Shown here piece after piece: positions 11,920-24,329 of a DNA stretch of 64,000 bases (positions within the stretch are counted from its first letter, which is position 1; each line of letters opens with the position of its first letter). The notes beneath the pieces are model-generated. The model was given only the letters and a program-made list of their open reading frames with translations, was not told the DNA's origin and ran no database searches. The stretch is from Epiperipatus broadwayi (Eukaryota; Animalia; Onychophora). The position numbers and the translations under genes were made by a program. The stretch is taken from assembly GCA_028023455.1 (NCBI GenBank), contig JAQFVV010000005.1:12586001-12650000 (forward strand), in the 5' to 3' direction.

Positions 11920-13737
11920 ATAATGCGCAATTGCTAATGTTAGAGGCTCTATTCTCATAGCAAAAAAGTCCTTCAGAAATTGAATTCATCTGTTAATAGA
12001 TTTCTGATGTAGTGGTAAACTTCCATCTGTCATAAAATTGATGCATCAACTACTCATGATGTCATTGAGCCTATCTCATGACTTTGACATTTATGAAGAC
12101 CTCTAGGCCATTTTTTCATTATCATGAAACAACACAAGTTTGCATTTGTCGATACTATACATATACTTTTTTTTGCTTTAATTGAATTTACATTACATGC
12201 AAATTTATATTTCATTTAATTTATTTTTTTATTACTATAATGCTTAATAATTTATTTTTTTTTTTTTTTAGTAAAGGTTACTAGCATAGTTTTATGCATA
12301 TATTTATGATATATAAAAATCATCTTAACATTTTCTAAGTAAATTAATGTAAATAATTGAATTGTCTTCTAGCAGCCATATTCAGCAAAAGTTATTAAAC
12401 ATTGCAGCTAAAAAGCAGCTCACTTATTTATGTTAATATTTGAATGTTGTTATTTCACTTTACATATATAATTAGTATAGTAATTATCATTATATTGTAT
12501 ATGTTGGTGGAATGGGAGATTTTCTTTTTAGCACTGCTTATATGCTTATTTTTATTTTGTTTTATATAGATTGGCAATAAATTCTTTGTGATACTTGTAC
12601 GTGATTCATTGCAAAAGCTACTGGTCAACTTGGCTATGAGACAGTATGAACTATTAGCTTAGTATATTACTTCATTGTATTGTGCATAATCAACCAATTT
12701 GAATAATTACTTTTTTAAGGTATTCTTAGTATTTTAATAGTGATGAAGCCATTTCTGTCAGCTTGGATCAGCACTAGTCTTAATCTTAAGTTCTGGAAAA
12801 TTTTAATATAATCATTTTGATTTGTTTGTAAGTTACAGTTATTATTCATGGCAATGAAAATAAGAATTGTGTTCCAATAATAAACAAGTAGAAAATATAT
12901 CATTGAGATATTATAATTTAATTTTCACATAAAGCTGAAATTTATGAGAAATTAATGCCATCGTAAGTGCTTATTTTAAAATGAATATTTTAACATGATG
13001 AAATGAACTTTTTAAAAAAAAGAAATAAAAAAAACCTTCATTTGCATATTTTTAATGTTATAAGTTGTATATGAACCATGTTGAGAAGTGAAATATCTTT
13101 AAATTGATTATTGAGTAAACTATAAAATAACTTACTGGAACATTTCAGAACATATGACTAGTTCATTGTGGTGGTTTTGTAAAACTTGTTAATTTTATAA
13201 GAAAATAATCATTTTGTTTTGTTTAAAGTTATTTTTTTTATAAATACTGTATTCAATAATTAGAAAATTTTTGTGACTTTTAATGCAGTTATTGTCCATT
13301 AAAATTTTTTCAAATAATTATATGAAGAAACTAAAAAGATTCAATAAAAGTAAACCATTTCTTTTCAGTTTAATTTATGTTCAAGCAAATTTTCTGAACA
13401 AGATCAAATAGACAAATGAAAAGAAAAACTTTGTATAGAATTAAATGTTGTTGGATACATGTGTAATTAAAAAAGAAAAAAGCTGTTCATATGGTATAAG
13501 TTTAATTCACAAAATGATTGACCAAATCATAAAAGATTTCTTACAAACGAAAACATTTCTGCAGCTTATGTAGTTGAAAGGCTGCTGTAAAAAGTGCTTT
13601 TGGATTAGATTATCATTCAGTGAGAAAAAAATTTCTGTTTATTTAATGTGATCTTATATATTATTAAACTATTTTATATTGGAAAAGGAAGTTGATAAAG
13701 AAAAAGTGCATGTGGGATTTGAATACTAATTACAAAT

Positions 13738-16700
13738 ATGGAATTACATAAATCAATTCATAAAGAAGAAAAATCTGGCCAAGAATCAATTTCTACAGAA
13801 GAAAAATGTATTCATGAATCAGTTAATATAGAAGAGTCCACTGCCCATAATTCTGGTCATATTGAAGAGAAGTCTACCCTTAATTCAATTCTTACAGATG
13901 AAGATTCTTTACAAACCAGTTTAAGTAATGGCAAATCTGATGTAAATACTCATTTAACAAGACATGGTAATGGAAGCTCTATAAAAAAAAAGGTTTTCCA
14001 GTGTAACTTATGCAACTATAAAACTTCTGCAAAAAAACAGTTAGAAAGACACCAAAGAACTCACAAAAAAGATAAAGTTTTCCAAATTTTCCATTGTAAT
14101 TTATGTGATTTTAAAACTACTGCAAAAAATACATGTAAAGCACATAAAGAAACGCATAATAAAGCAAAACCTTTTCAATGTAAATTTTGTGATTACAATG
14201 CTGCTCAAAATGGTATTTTAAAAAAACATGAAAGGACTCACACAGAATATTTTCAGTGCAGTTTATGTGATTTCAAGACAATCATAAAAAATAGATTGAA
14301 ACTACATGAAAAATCTCATACTAAAGAAAAATCGTTCCAATGCAAATTTTGTGATTACAAGACTACTAAAAATGGTTCTTTAAAAATACATGAAAGGATT
14401 CACTCAGGAGAACATTTTCAGTGTAATTTATGTAATTTCAAGACAACCACAAAAAGTAAGTTGAAAATACATGAAAGGACTCATAGTGGTGAAAAACCTT
14501 TGCAATGCAGATTTTGTGATTATAAGGCTCCCCTCAGTGATACTTTAAAACTACATGAAAAAACACACACAAATGAAAAACTTAAGTGCAATTCATGTGA
14601 TTTTGAAACTACTGTTTTAAGTCAATTTAAAACTCATAAGGAAACACATAATGATGAAAAACCTTTTCAATGTAAATTATGCAATTACAAAACTGTGCGA
14701 AATATTACATTAAAAATACACGAAAGAATTCACATTCAAGAAAAACCATATCAATGTAAGCTTTGTGATTACAAAGCTGCTAGAAGTGATAATTTAAAAA
14801 TGCATGAAAAAACACATATTGGGGGAAAATCTTTACAGTGTAAGTTTTGTGACTACAAGGCAGCCAGGAAAAGTACTTTAATTTTTCATGAAAAATTTCA
14901 TGCAGAAGGGAAACTTTTCAATTGCAACTTATGTGACTTTCAAACTGCTGCAAGAAATTCATTTAAAAACCATAAACGAACACATACTAAAGAAAAATCT
15001 TATCAATGTAAGTTTTGTAATTACAAAGCTGCAGGGAATCGTACTTTAAAAATCCACGAAAGGATTCATGCAGGAGACCGTTTTATCTGTAATTTATGTA
15101 ATTTCAAGACAAGCACAGAAAGTAAGCTGAAAACACATGAAAGAACTCATACTGGGGAAAAACCTTTTCAATGCAAGTTTTGTGATTACAAGGCTGCTCG
15201 AAGTGGTACTTTAAAAATACATGAAAAAACACACACAAGTGGAAAATTTTTTAAGTGCAACTTATGTGATTTTGAAACTACTGATAAAAGTCAGGTTAAA
15301 ATACATAAAGGAATACATAGTAATGAAAAACCCTTTCAGTGTAAATTTTGTGATTATAAAACTGCTAGAAATATTACTTTAAAAATACATGAAAGAATTC
15401 ATACTCAAGAAAAACCTTATCAGTGCAAGCTTTGTGATTACAAAGCTGCTAGAAGTGGTAATTTAAAAATGCATGAAAAAACACATACCGGAGAAAAACC
15501 TTTCCAATGTAAGAGTTGTGACTACAAAGCAGCTAGAAAAAGTACTTTAATTTTTCATGAAAAATTTCACGCTGAAGGGAAAGTTTTCAGTTGCAATTTA
15601 TGTGATTTTAAAACTCCTGCAAGAAAATATATAAAAATCCATAAAGAAACACACACTGAAGAAAAACCTTACCAATGTAAATTTTGTGATTATAAAGCTG
15701 CTAGAAATAGTACTTTAAAAGTACATGAAAGAATTCACACAAAAGAAAAACCCTTCCAGTGTAAATTTTGCGATTACAAAGCTGCTAGGAGTAGTAATTT
15801 AAAATTACATGAAAACACCCATACTGGAGAAAAACCTTTCCAGTGCAAGTTTTGTGATTACAAAACTGCTCGAAATAGTACTTTAAAAATACATGAAAAA
15901 AGTCACACAGATGAAAATGTTTTACAATGCAATTTATGCAGTTTTAGAACAGCAGTAAAAAATAGATTAACTGTACATGAAAGAACTCACACGGGAGAAA
16001 AATTATTCCAATGCAGATTTTGTGATCACAAGACTGCTAGAAATGATATTTTAAAAATTCATGAAAGGATTCATACAGGAGAACTTTTTCCATGTAGTTT
16101 ATGTGAATTTAAGACTCCTGTAAAAAGTAGGTTGAAAATTCATGAAAGAATTCATACTGGTGAAAAACCTTTCCAGTGCAGATTTTGTGACCACAGAACT
16201 TCTCGAAATAGTATTTTAAAAATACATGAAAGGACTCATACAGGAGAATTTTTTCCATGCAGTTCATGTGATTTCAGGACTGCTGTGAAAAGTAGATTAA
16301 AAATACATGAAAGAACTCATACAGGTGAAAAACCTTTCCATTGCAAATATTGTGATTATAAGACTACTAGAAATGGTCTTTTAAAAATACATGAAAGAAA
16401 TCATATAGGAGAATTTTTTCAATGTACTTTGTGTTTATTCAAGACGGCTGTAAGAAGTAGGTTAAAAATACATGAAAGAACTCATATCGGTGGAAAATGG
16501 TTGCAGTGCAAGTTTTGTGATTTTAAATCTTCTAGAAATAATATTTTAAAAATACATGAAATGACTCACTCACAAGAAGTATTTCAATGCTCTTCATGTG
16601 ATTTTAAAACACCTATAAAAAATCAATTAATTGAACATGAAGTAACTCATTCTGAAGAAAAATTCTTCCAATGCAGTTTTTGTGATTATAAGGATGCTAA

Positions 16701-16782
16701 TAATGATACCTTAATATTACATGAAAGTGCTCACACAGAAGAACTTTCAAATGCAGCTTATGCAATTTTAATATTGCTATAA
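13738..16782 (+). CDS. Tandem C2H2 zinc-finger protein, 1014 aa, 33 fingers
   Basis: Uninterrupted ORF with 33 C-x2-C-x12-H-x3-H repeats counted from aa 87 (nt 13996), many joined by TGEKP-type linkers. An in-frame TGA at 13720 precedes the ATG. No KRAB, ZAD, BTB or SCAN domain is recognisable in this exon. Confidence 0.95.
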   Translation: MELHKSIHKEEKSGQESISTEEKCIHESVNIEESTAHNSGHIEEKSTLNSILTDEDSLQTSLSNGKSDVNTHLTRHGNGSSIKKKVFQCNLCNYKTSAKKQLERHQRTHKKDKVFQIFHCNLCDFKTTAKNTCKAHKETHNKAKPFQCKFCDYNAAQNGILKKHERTHTEYFQCSLCDFKTIIKNRLKLHEKSHTKEKSFQCKFCDYKTTKNGSLKIHERIHSGEHFQCNLCNFKTTTKSKLKIHERTHSGEKPLQCRFCDYKAPLSDTLKLHEKTHTNEKLKCNSCDFETTVLSQFKTHKETHNDEKPFQCKLCNYKTVRNITLKIHERIHIQEKPYQCKLCDYKAARSDNLKMHEKTHIGGKSLQCKFCDYKAARKSTLIFHEKFHAEGKLFNCNLCDFQTAARNSFKNHKRTHTKEKSYQCKFCNYKAAGNRTLKIHERIHAGDRFICNLCNFKTSTESKLKTHERTHTGEKPFQCKFCDYKAARSGTLKIHEKTHTSGKFFKCNLCDFETTDKSQVKIHKGIHSNEKPFQCKFCDYKTARNITLKIHERIHTQEKPYQCKLCDYKAARSGNLKMHEKTHTGEKPFQCKSCDYKAARKSTLIFHEKFHAEGKVFSCNLCDFKTPARKYIKIHKETHTEEKPYQCKFCDYKAARNSTLKVHERIHTKEKPFQCKFCDYKAARSSNLKLHENTHTGEKPFQCKFCDYKTARNSTLKIHEKSHTDENVLQCNLCSFRTAVKNRLTVHERTHTGEKLFQCRFCDHKTARNDILKIHERIHTGELFPCSLCEFKTPVKSRLKIHERIHTGEKPFQCRFCDHRTSRNSILKIHERTHTGEFFPCSSCDFRTAVKSRLKIHERTHTGEKPFHCKYCDYKTTRNGLLKIHERNHIGEFFQCTLCLFKTAVRSRLKIHERTHIGGKWLQCKFCDFKSSRNNILKIHEMTHSQEVFQCSSCDFKTPIKNQLIEHEVTHSEEKFFQCSFCDYKDANNDTLILHESAHTEELSNAAYAILILL

Positions 16783-19198
16783 AAAGTAGATCAAAAGAAC
16801 ATTTTAAAAAGGCTTTTAGGGTCATTAATTTTGCTGTCAATTGTATGAAAAAACGTGAAAGAAAAGTAGTATGTTATATACTAGTACAAAATTTTCAAAA
16901 TTCTATGACAATGTATAAAAAACCAAACATAAAAAGAGATTTTTTTTCTGCATGAAGTGCTTAAGAAATGTTACAGTAAAGCAGGTTTTATGTGATAATA
17001 AAAATCTAGAGAAGCATTGTGAAAAGCCATTGGTCTTTCCATTGATTGTTCATATTTATATAATTAATTTCCATGTCAAATAATTCACTTTAGTTTTGAA
17101 TAAATTGGTAAAACTTCTGGATTAAAATTTATAGTTATGACTTCAATATATATATATATGTTTATTAAATGATTTTAGGAAATCATGCTTTAGCAACAGA
17201 GACTTTTTGCAAATATTATTGTGATCAAACAATAAAAAACACTATCAGCGATCATTTGAACATGTAAAAAAATCTTTATACATAAAAATAATTGACTGTG
17301 GATTTTCTCTTGAATTATAAAATCAAATAATAATAAATTACTTAAATTCAAAACAATGAACTAATGAAAAGAACGGAAATAATTCTGGTGCTTTAAAGTA
17401 TCAGTCTCCAAATGATGATGATAAGAGAAATTTTTATAGTTCGAAAACATTTATAATAAATAACCTGGACCAGAGAGCTTCTCTAAAGAACAATATATGG
17501 CTTTATACATGTGACCTCTTGTATGGAAAACCATTATTAAAGTATACCCGACACTGTAATATTAGGGAGAGAAGTGAATCTTCATACTGTTAAGAGATAG
17601 ATGCCAGTATGTTGTGTGCCAGTAATGTAGTATAGAATTGTTAGATGAACATAAATTCAGATCTACAGTTTCTTAGAAGAAAAATGCTAAAGACATAGTT
17701 AACTACTACTGAGGCTATCAATGACTGACTTTGATCAGGCTCTATATCAAAATGAGCAAGGAAAGAACATTCTTTAATAATACTTGTAATATGACATCAT
17801 AAAATGAGGAAATACCTTGATGTTCATTTTAGAAAAACCTTATGTAAATATAGTTAAAACTCATTTTTGTTTAGCAAAATCATATTGTGAATTTTAGAAG
17901 TCATTTAATAATAATATACTTTTTTACAATATAAATGAAATAGTGAATATTTTGTTGTACCAGTTTTTTTATTTATCACGCAAACTGTCTTCCTCTCAAG
18001 CCATGTACATGCATATGTGAAACAAATTTTAACTGAAAGCAAGAATGCTATACAATTGTTTGAAAATTTCTCCCCACCTTCATCCCATGCATTGCAAGTT
18101 TAATCTAGCATATTATCAGAATGGATAAACAAAGAAAGTAGTCTTGGGGATGTAAACACTAGGATAAAATATTTTGATAGTGTTAAGGAACTTGAATGTT
18201 TTTAAAAGCTCTATAAATGCCTTCAGTATAACCATATAACATGATTGATATTAGTTTCTTTAGATATTTTAAGAAATTGCCAACATTACAAAATGTTAAA
18301 GTATTTTCTGATTTAGAAAAAAAAAATCTTGTAAAACCATGAACAGAAGTAAATTGAATATGTGACAAAACTCATAAATGATATATTGCTTGGATACAAT
18401 TTAAAGTTAATTATTTGTTAATGTTAAATCTAATGTAATTATTAAATTTATAATATTAGATAAAAATCAAGTTTTATATCCAAAATTTCAGCGCTATTGA
18501 AAAACCTGTGGAAAGAGAGAGCTACAGATCTTTGGGCTAATTGACATATGAGAATCAAATGGTTTGCTTATTATGTGAGAACATTGTAGACTCAAACAGT
18601 AGATATTACTTTCATGTGAAAGAGTTTTATCTAGCATCCTTTGGTTTGTTTTCTTGCACTAGGTTTTTCTACTCTTATAAGATGTTTTTTTTTTTTTTTT
18701 TGTTAAAGCTTAAATGGTGAGTTATAGCCAAGAAGAGAATGAGAAATAATTTCTCATTGTTTTTTTTTTCCATTTTTGAATTATTTTATACCATGATGAT
18801 CATGTTTATTTGTATGTATTTAAATCAGTTATAGTATAATAAAAAAAACTTTTTATGTAATAAGTATTGATAATTTGTATCCTTTTAATTTTGGATAAGC
18901 AAAAGATACTTTATGTAAATGTGTTTTTATATATTGTTGTGGTAAATATGTACTTCATGAATATGTATGTATTTTCTGCTCAAAACACTTTTCACTATTT
19001 TAATGCTTGTGTAAACAACTGTATTTTCTTTTTTTAATTTAATTTTATTAATTTTTATATAATGATTAGGAATAATTTACTATTTGTAACATTAAATTAG
19101 TAATTTTAAAATGTTAATATTTGTTATATATATTTCATTTAAAAGTTCTGTAAATATTGTAATTATAACTGTATATAAGGATTTAATTTCCAGAGTTT

Positions 19199-19204
19199 AA
19201 TAAA
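19199..19204 (+). promoter_or_regulatory. Candidate polyadenylation signal
   Basis: AATAAA followed by a GT/T-rich tract (ttttgggtattgtgtattt) at the end of a UTR-like AT-rich stretch downstream of the ZNF ORF. AATAAA is common by chance at this base composition. Confidence 0.25.
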
Positions 19205-20271
19205 AGATTATTTTTAAAAGCTTTTGGGTATTGTGTATTTATTTCTATACAAATGTCAGAACATAAAATGTTTGGAATGAAAAGCAATTAGAAAAAAAAA
19301 AAAAGGGGGGGGGGGACAGGAGACAAAAGAGATTTGAATCAGAATTTATATTACATCATATAATGAGTCTCATTAAGTTTAAATATGCGATTTTGTTTAT
19401 ATATACATAAGGAAAAATTTCATAAAATTTATAACCATATATGTAAAGTAGCCATATAAAATTTAAATTAAGTGCAGGATTTAACAATAATGTTGTATAA
19501 AACTTAGACATTTAATACTTTTTTGCCAAAATTTTTTAGAAATTATTTTTTAATAATTTTTTTGTAAAATACATACTGCATCTATATTAGTAAACAAAAT
19601 GTTCATATTTCATCTTTTACTAATTACTGCAATGATAATGTCAGTTTTTAGTAACAAACATTAGTATCAAATCTGGTTTATTTTGTGACTATATACAACT
19701 CATCTTTAATGAATATATCTTAATTACAGCTAGAATAAGAGTAGTTAACATTATTTCATTACATTAATATAATTTTATTTGTCATCTTTAAAGGCAAATT
19801 TATTAAATTAAGCTATAAATTTTGTATATTTTCTACAACAGATATATTAATGCAAAATTCCTCATTTCATTTTTTTTGGGGGGGGGGGGGGATTTCGGAT
19901 ATCAAGAAAAGGTTTTTTTTTTTAGCCCCATCATTCTAAATTTTTGATATTGAGAAATAAAAATAAATAAACAGCCCTCTGTAAATTAGATTTACTAATT
20001 TATAGCTACAGTGAAATGTGAACTCTGATAACAACTTTATACACTATCCAAAAAATAAAACATTAAATTCACAAATTTAATATATCTTTTGATACATTTG
20101 AGTAGCCATTTCTGAGTGCCATAAATTATCATGTTTAAAAATAAAATTTGTAAACATTTTAAAATTATGCCAGCAGTCATTTTATTTATTAATAAAAAAA
20201 TTCCAGTTTACATTGAAAGGCACATTTTATTCTTCCTTGATTATTCTTTCCAAATTAATGTGCGGTATTCC

Positions 20272-21197
20272 ACATAAAATATTTTGGTACTATGACATTA
20301 GAGCTGCAAGACATGAAGAATTATAATCGTTTAATCATTAAATTAATTAGGTTATTAAATCGAAAACATTTTAAAATCTACATTAAAAAAACAACAATTT
20401 AACAAAAAAAATACGAAAAGCATTAATGTGAAGAATAGTTAAAATGTGTGTTTAAATCAAATTGAGTGGGTGTTTGCACATGCTTATTCTGCATAATTAT
20501 TTTAATACATTGTACAGGTTTACACCTGCATTTATATATGTAATATATGCGGGATTCGAACTCAGGCTTTCACACAACCAACAACTCTCAATGCCATCTT
20601 ATATTGCTGACTCGCCTGATCACACAAATGTTGAAAAGATGAATAATCACCAATATATATATTTTGTGCTAAACCAGCACTCATCAGTTGGTTAAGATTA
20701 CCATCTTCACATATATATATATATACAATTAGTACTCAGCTTTATATTAAAATAACCAACCTTCGTTCTTTAATGAGTGGTGGTTTAGCACGAAATATAT
20801 ATAATGGTGATTATTTATCTTTTCAACATATGTGTGATCAGGTGAGTCAGCAATATAAGATGGCACTGAGAGTTAGTTGTAGGTCGTGTGAAAGTCTGAG
20901 TTCGAATCCCGCATATATTACATATATAAATGCAGGTGTAAGCCTATACAGTGTATTAAAATAGATTATACAGAATATGCACGTGCAAACAGACACTCAA
21001 TTTGATTTAAACATGTATTTTAACTATTCTTCACATTAATGCTTTTCCTATTTTTTTTTTTTGTTAAATTGTTTTTTTTTTTTTAATGTAGATTTTAAAA
21101 TATGTTTTTGATTTAATAACTTAATTAATTTAATGATTAAACGATTATAATTCTTTATGTCGCAGCTCTAATACCACAGTACCAATATTTTCTATGC
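20272..21197. repeat. ~430-bp-arm inverted repeat of an HHR + tRNA-like element
   Basis: 20272-20700 is a diverged reverse complement of ~20750-21197. The short spacer contains (AT)n. Each arm contains a B box, GAGTTCGAATCCC. Confidence 0.9.
20644..20700 (-). ncRNA. Minimal type-I hammerhead motif, family B
   Basis: CCAA-CTGATGA-GTGCT-ggttt-AGCAC-(A)AAA-TATATA-TA-TTGG. Stem I is CCAA/TTGG, extended by TAATC/GATTA, and stem II is a perfect 5 bp. G12 is mutated in this copy but intact in the partner arm (20792). Confidence 0.7.
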
Positions 21198-23604
21198 ATA
21201 ATGGTAAAGTTTTACAAAATTTTAGGATATAATTAAGGTTAATACTAATTTAGCAAAACTAGTCTAGTGTTTCTTTTAAGAGAAAAGTTATTGAAAAAAT
21301 ATTGCTCTGAGCATTTTCAATTGCAATGGAAATCAGACATTTCACTATTTTATTTAAATAAAAGTTAAGCAGTTTTTATTATTTTCAATGAATAAAAAAA
21401 ATCTTCAATTTATTAATATTTTTAAAAATTGTTGTTTATACAAAGTGTGTTTTAAATATATGTAAGTTGAAAAGTACTGTACATTCAATATTGTAAACAA
21501 ATTTTATTAACCAAACAGGCTATTTTATGCAAGGAGGGGGGGCTCAGCTGTAAATGTTTCTTTTAAAATTTTGTTTGTAAATGTGTGCATAAACTATTTT
21601 ATTGTAAAAGTTAAAGATCACCTTTGACATTTTCTTTGGATATTAGAAGTTTTTGAACAACAGATATTCAAATTATACTAACCAGATGAAACATTTGTAA
21701 TTAAAAAAGTGATCACTACATCCTCTAAGGAAAAATACGATAAGCACTTTCAGAATGAATTCAGTGCTATGTTTGGAGCTGTTTGTACGGAACAGCTTTT
21801 GCAAAAAGATTTGCCAACATGCTCTATAACTGTGTAAACTACTGTAGAACTTTGACATTTCCCTAGTAGTGAAACTATATTTGAAAATAATTTAGATTAT
21901 CTTGAGAGTTTTAACTAAATACCCTTTTATTGACCATTCTTGGATGACTAACTATCTTGAAAACAAAAAAAAAAAACCTTATTTGCTAATATTTTAAAAT
22001 TCATGTATCTTGAACTTTAATCCAAGTCATGGATATGGAAGTTAATGTTTAGTTATGAGGCTCTGTTTGAATGAGACCATCTAAATCATACTACTCGTAA
22101 TCCATTAGACATTTTAAGTTTCCATTAGATAACAAGCAAAATATTTCATAATCATGCAAACCGATCAATATATATTAGTAGACTTTTTTGTAGAACAGGG
22201 CCTTAACTTGGATAAACAAATGGCTAACTAATCTAAAAACATTTGCTAAATAATTATTTTTAATTGTAGACTAAAAGAAATTGTACAGTATTTATATATA
22301 TGTTTAATAGGAGCTTATTTTCAAAAGTCTATTGTAATCATAGATCTTATTGATTCAAAAAATTTTTTGAAACAAATTTGTACTATTTTTCAAAAGAATT
22401 TATTTGATCAAAGTTTTATGGAATTTCCGTCCTCAATAATTAATAACATTTTGTACATGTTCTGTTAATTCTAAATATTAAATCTCAAATGTCTCACTAA
22501 AGTAAGCAATATTTAAACTTTTTTTGCTCACAATACATTATATTATGGAAAAAATATAGCATATTTTATTTTATACAAAAAATTGAATTTCACAAAAGTC
22601 CTACAATTCACATGAACTCGTAGATAAAAAAGACGTATTAAGATATATTTCTAATGTAGAAATGTAATTAGTTACAAATACAAATGGTACGGATGCTAAC
22701 TGAAATGAAAAAAAAATTGATAGGATTGTTAAAATGCCTTTTACTTATTCAACTAATGTATTAGACCAGATTTGAATTAATTTTATATGGATTCATAATT
22801 ATATAACCATGACTGAATCGCTAAACATGATTTATTTTAGTTTAAGAAGTGATTATCTTCTAGTCATTTTAGTGTACATAATAATGACGTAAAGAGCTTA
22901 TTGAATTTATGACTTAATTCTGAATATAAAGAGTGAGTTTTAAAACATAGCAACCAGTACTAAATTAATCATTACATGCCTTATTATCTCAGAAAGATGA
23001 CACTGATTTTTGTAAGTCAAATTCCGAGTATGGTTTGTCCAATTTGAGTTTTTAAAAGACATTTGTTATACTTCACAAAATTAATAATACTTTTAAAAAA
23101 TAATTGCCACAGTTAAATCAAGTTTGCCAATAAATTCAAGTTAATCTCAAATATTTAAAATGAATCTAACAATTGAATATTGAACGTATTTGTTTTACAA
23201 AATATTAATCGTAAAACAATATAAATATATGATGCGGTATTCATCTTTATTCAAAATAGCATCAAATCTTCATGGTCCTCAAATTTGTTGAAAGGATTAA
23301 ATTGTAAAAAAAATCCTGGGGTAATTAAGTAAATTATTTAGAAAATTTTCATGATGAAATATAAAACTAAGTAAATGTCATTAGAAAGAGGATATACTCA
23401 GATGATTTAAGAATAAAAGATTGGTTTGATTTAATTTATAATAAAAGTTTTGATAAGTAAGGTTATAGAAAGAATTAACATTATTAGTAAAGAGATCAAA
23501 CAATATGGCAATTGAACAAGATGCTTGGGTTTAACTAGCTGATGACTAGAAAATATGTATATTTTGTAGAGACTAACATTTACTATTCATAAGTGTACAG
23601 ACTT

Positions 23605-23830
23605 AAAATTGCCTTTATATATGTAATATATGTGGGGTTCGAACTCAGATTTTCATATGACCCACTACTCTCAGTGCCATCTCATATTGCTGATCCCGCA
23701 CATGTTGAAAAGATAAATAATCATGAAATACGTATATTGGTGATTATTTATCTTTTCAACGTGTGTGATCAGGTGAGTCAGCAATATAAGATAGCATTGA
23801 GAGTAGTGGGTCGTGTGAAAATTGAGTTCA
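23605..23830. repeat. Short inverted pair of the same family-B element, with the 3' half of the HHR at its centre
   Basis: The arms match 20530-20650 and 20800-20915. The centre reads GAAA-TACGTA-TA-TTGG (23725-23740). Confidence 0.85.
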
Positions 23831-24329
23831 AATCCCGTATTCATACTGAACTGATTTTAATATTTTTTACCTTATTCAGCTTTGCTTGCTATAAAATTTA
23901 TAGTAAAACTAACATAATAGAATAATTATCAATATTGTAACTGGACAAGAACCAACCCCACTCTTCATTGGTTTTATTTCCTGATGAGCATATTGCAGGA
24001 AGGAACTCTCGATTGGCATTCTCCAATGCAGATGTCACCCCACCAACAATATTTCCTGCTCTTCAGGGAATGGAGCACCATAGAGACTGGAAGCATCTAG
24101 AAATTTGTGTTTGGTTTCCCAAATGGCGCTACTAGAGTTCCATCTCACTCCAACCTTACCATTGTCTGGTTATGCCGAACATAGCTCAGGAGGCATGAGA
24201 TTCTTGTGAGCAAGATACAATGAATAACTAGTGATGCAAAAATGGAACTAAACAATTGGATGAATTTTTAATAATTTTATTAATAATAATTCGTTGGCAA
24301 GTCCTAATATAGTTTGTATAATGAGAAGA

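Noticed and set aside
21675-21835. Open frame PDETFVIKK...DLPTCSITV as a possible exon
   Set aside because: No recognisable domain, weak splice signals and no partner exons found.
23535-23570. CTGATGA-CTA-GAAA-ATATGTATA, HHR-like
   Set aside because: Stem II is absent. At most it is a deleted relic of the neighbouring family-B element and cannot be supported alone.
23975-24070. CTGATGA / CTGA(A/T)GA-GCAG-GAAA motifs in the LTR-like repeat (also ~29630-29725)
   Set aside because: There is no closable stem II (GCAG gives a G-G pair at 10.1/11.1) and no stem I. It is better explained as a local inverted repeat.
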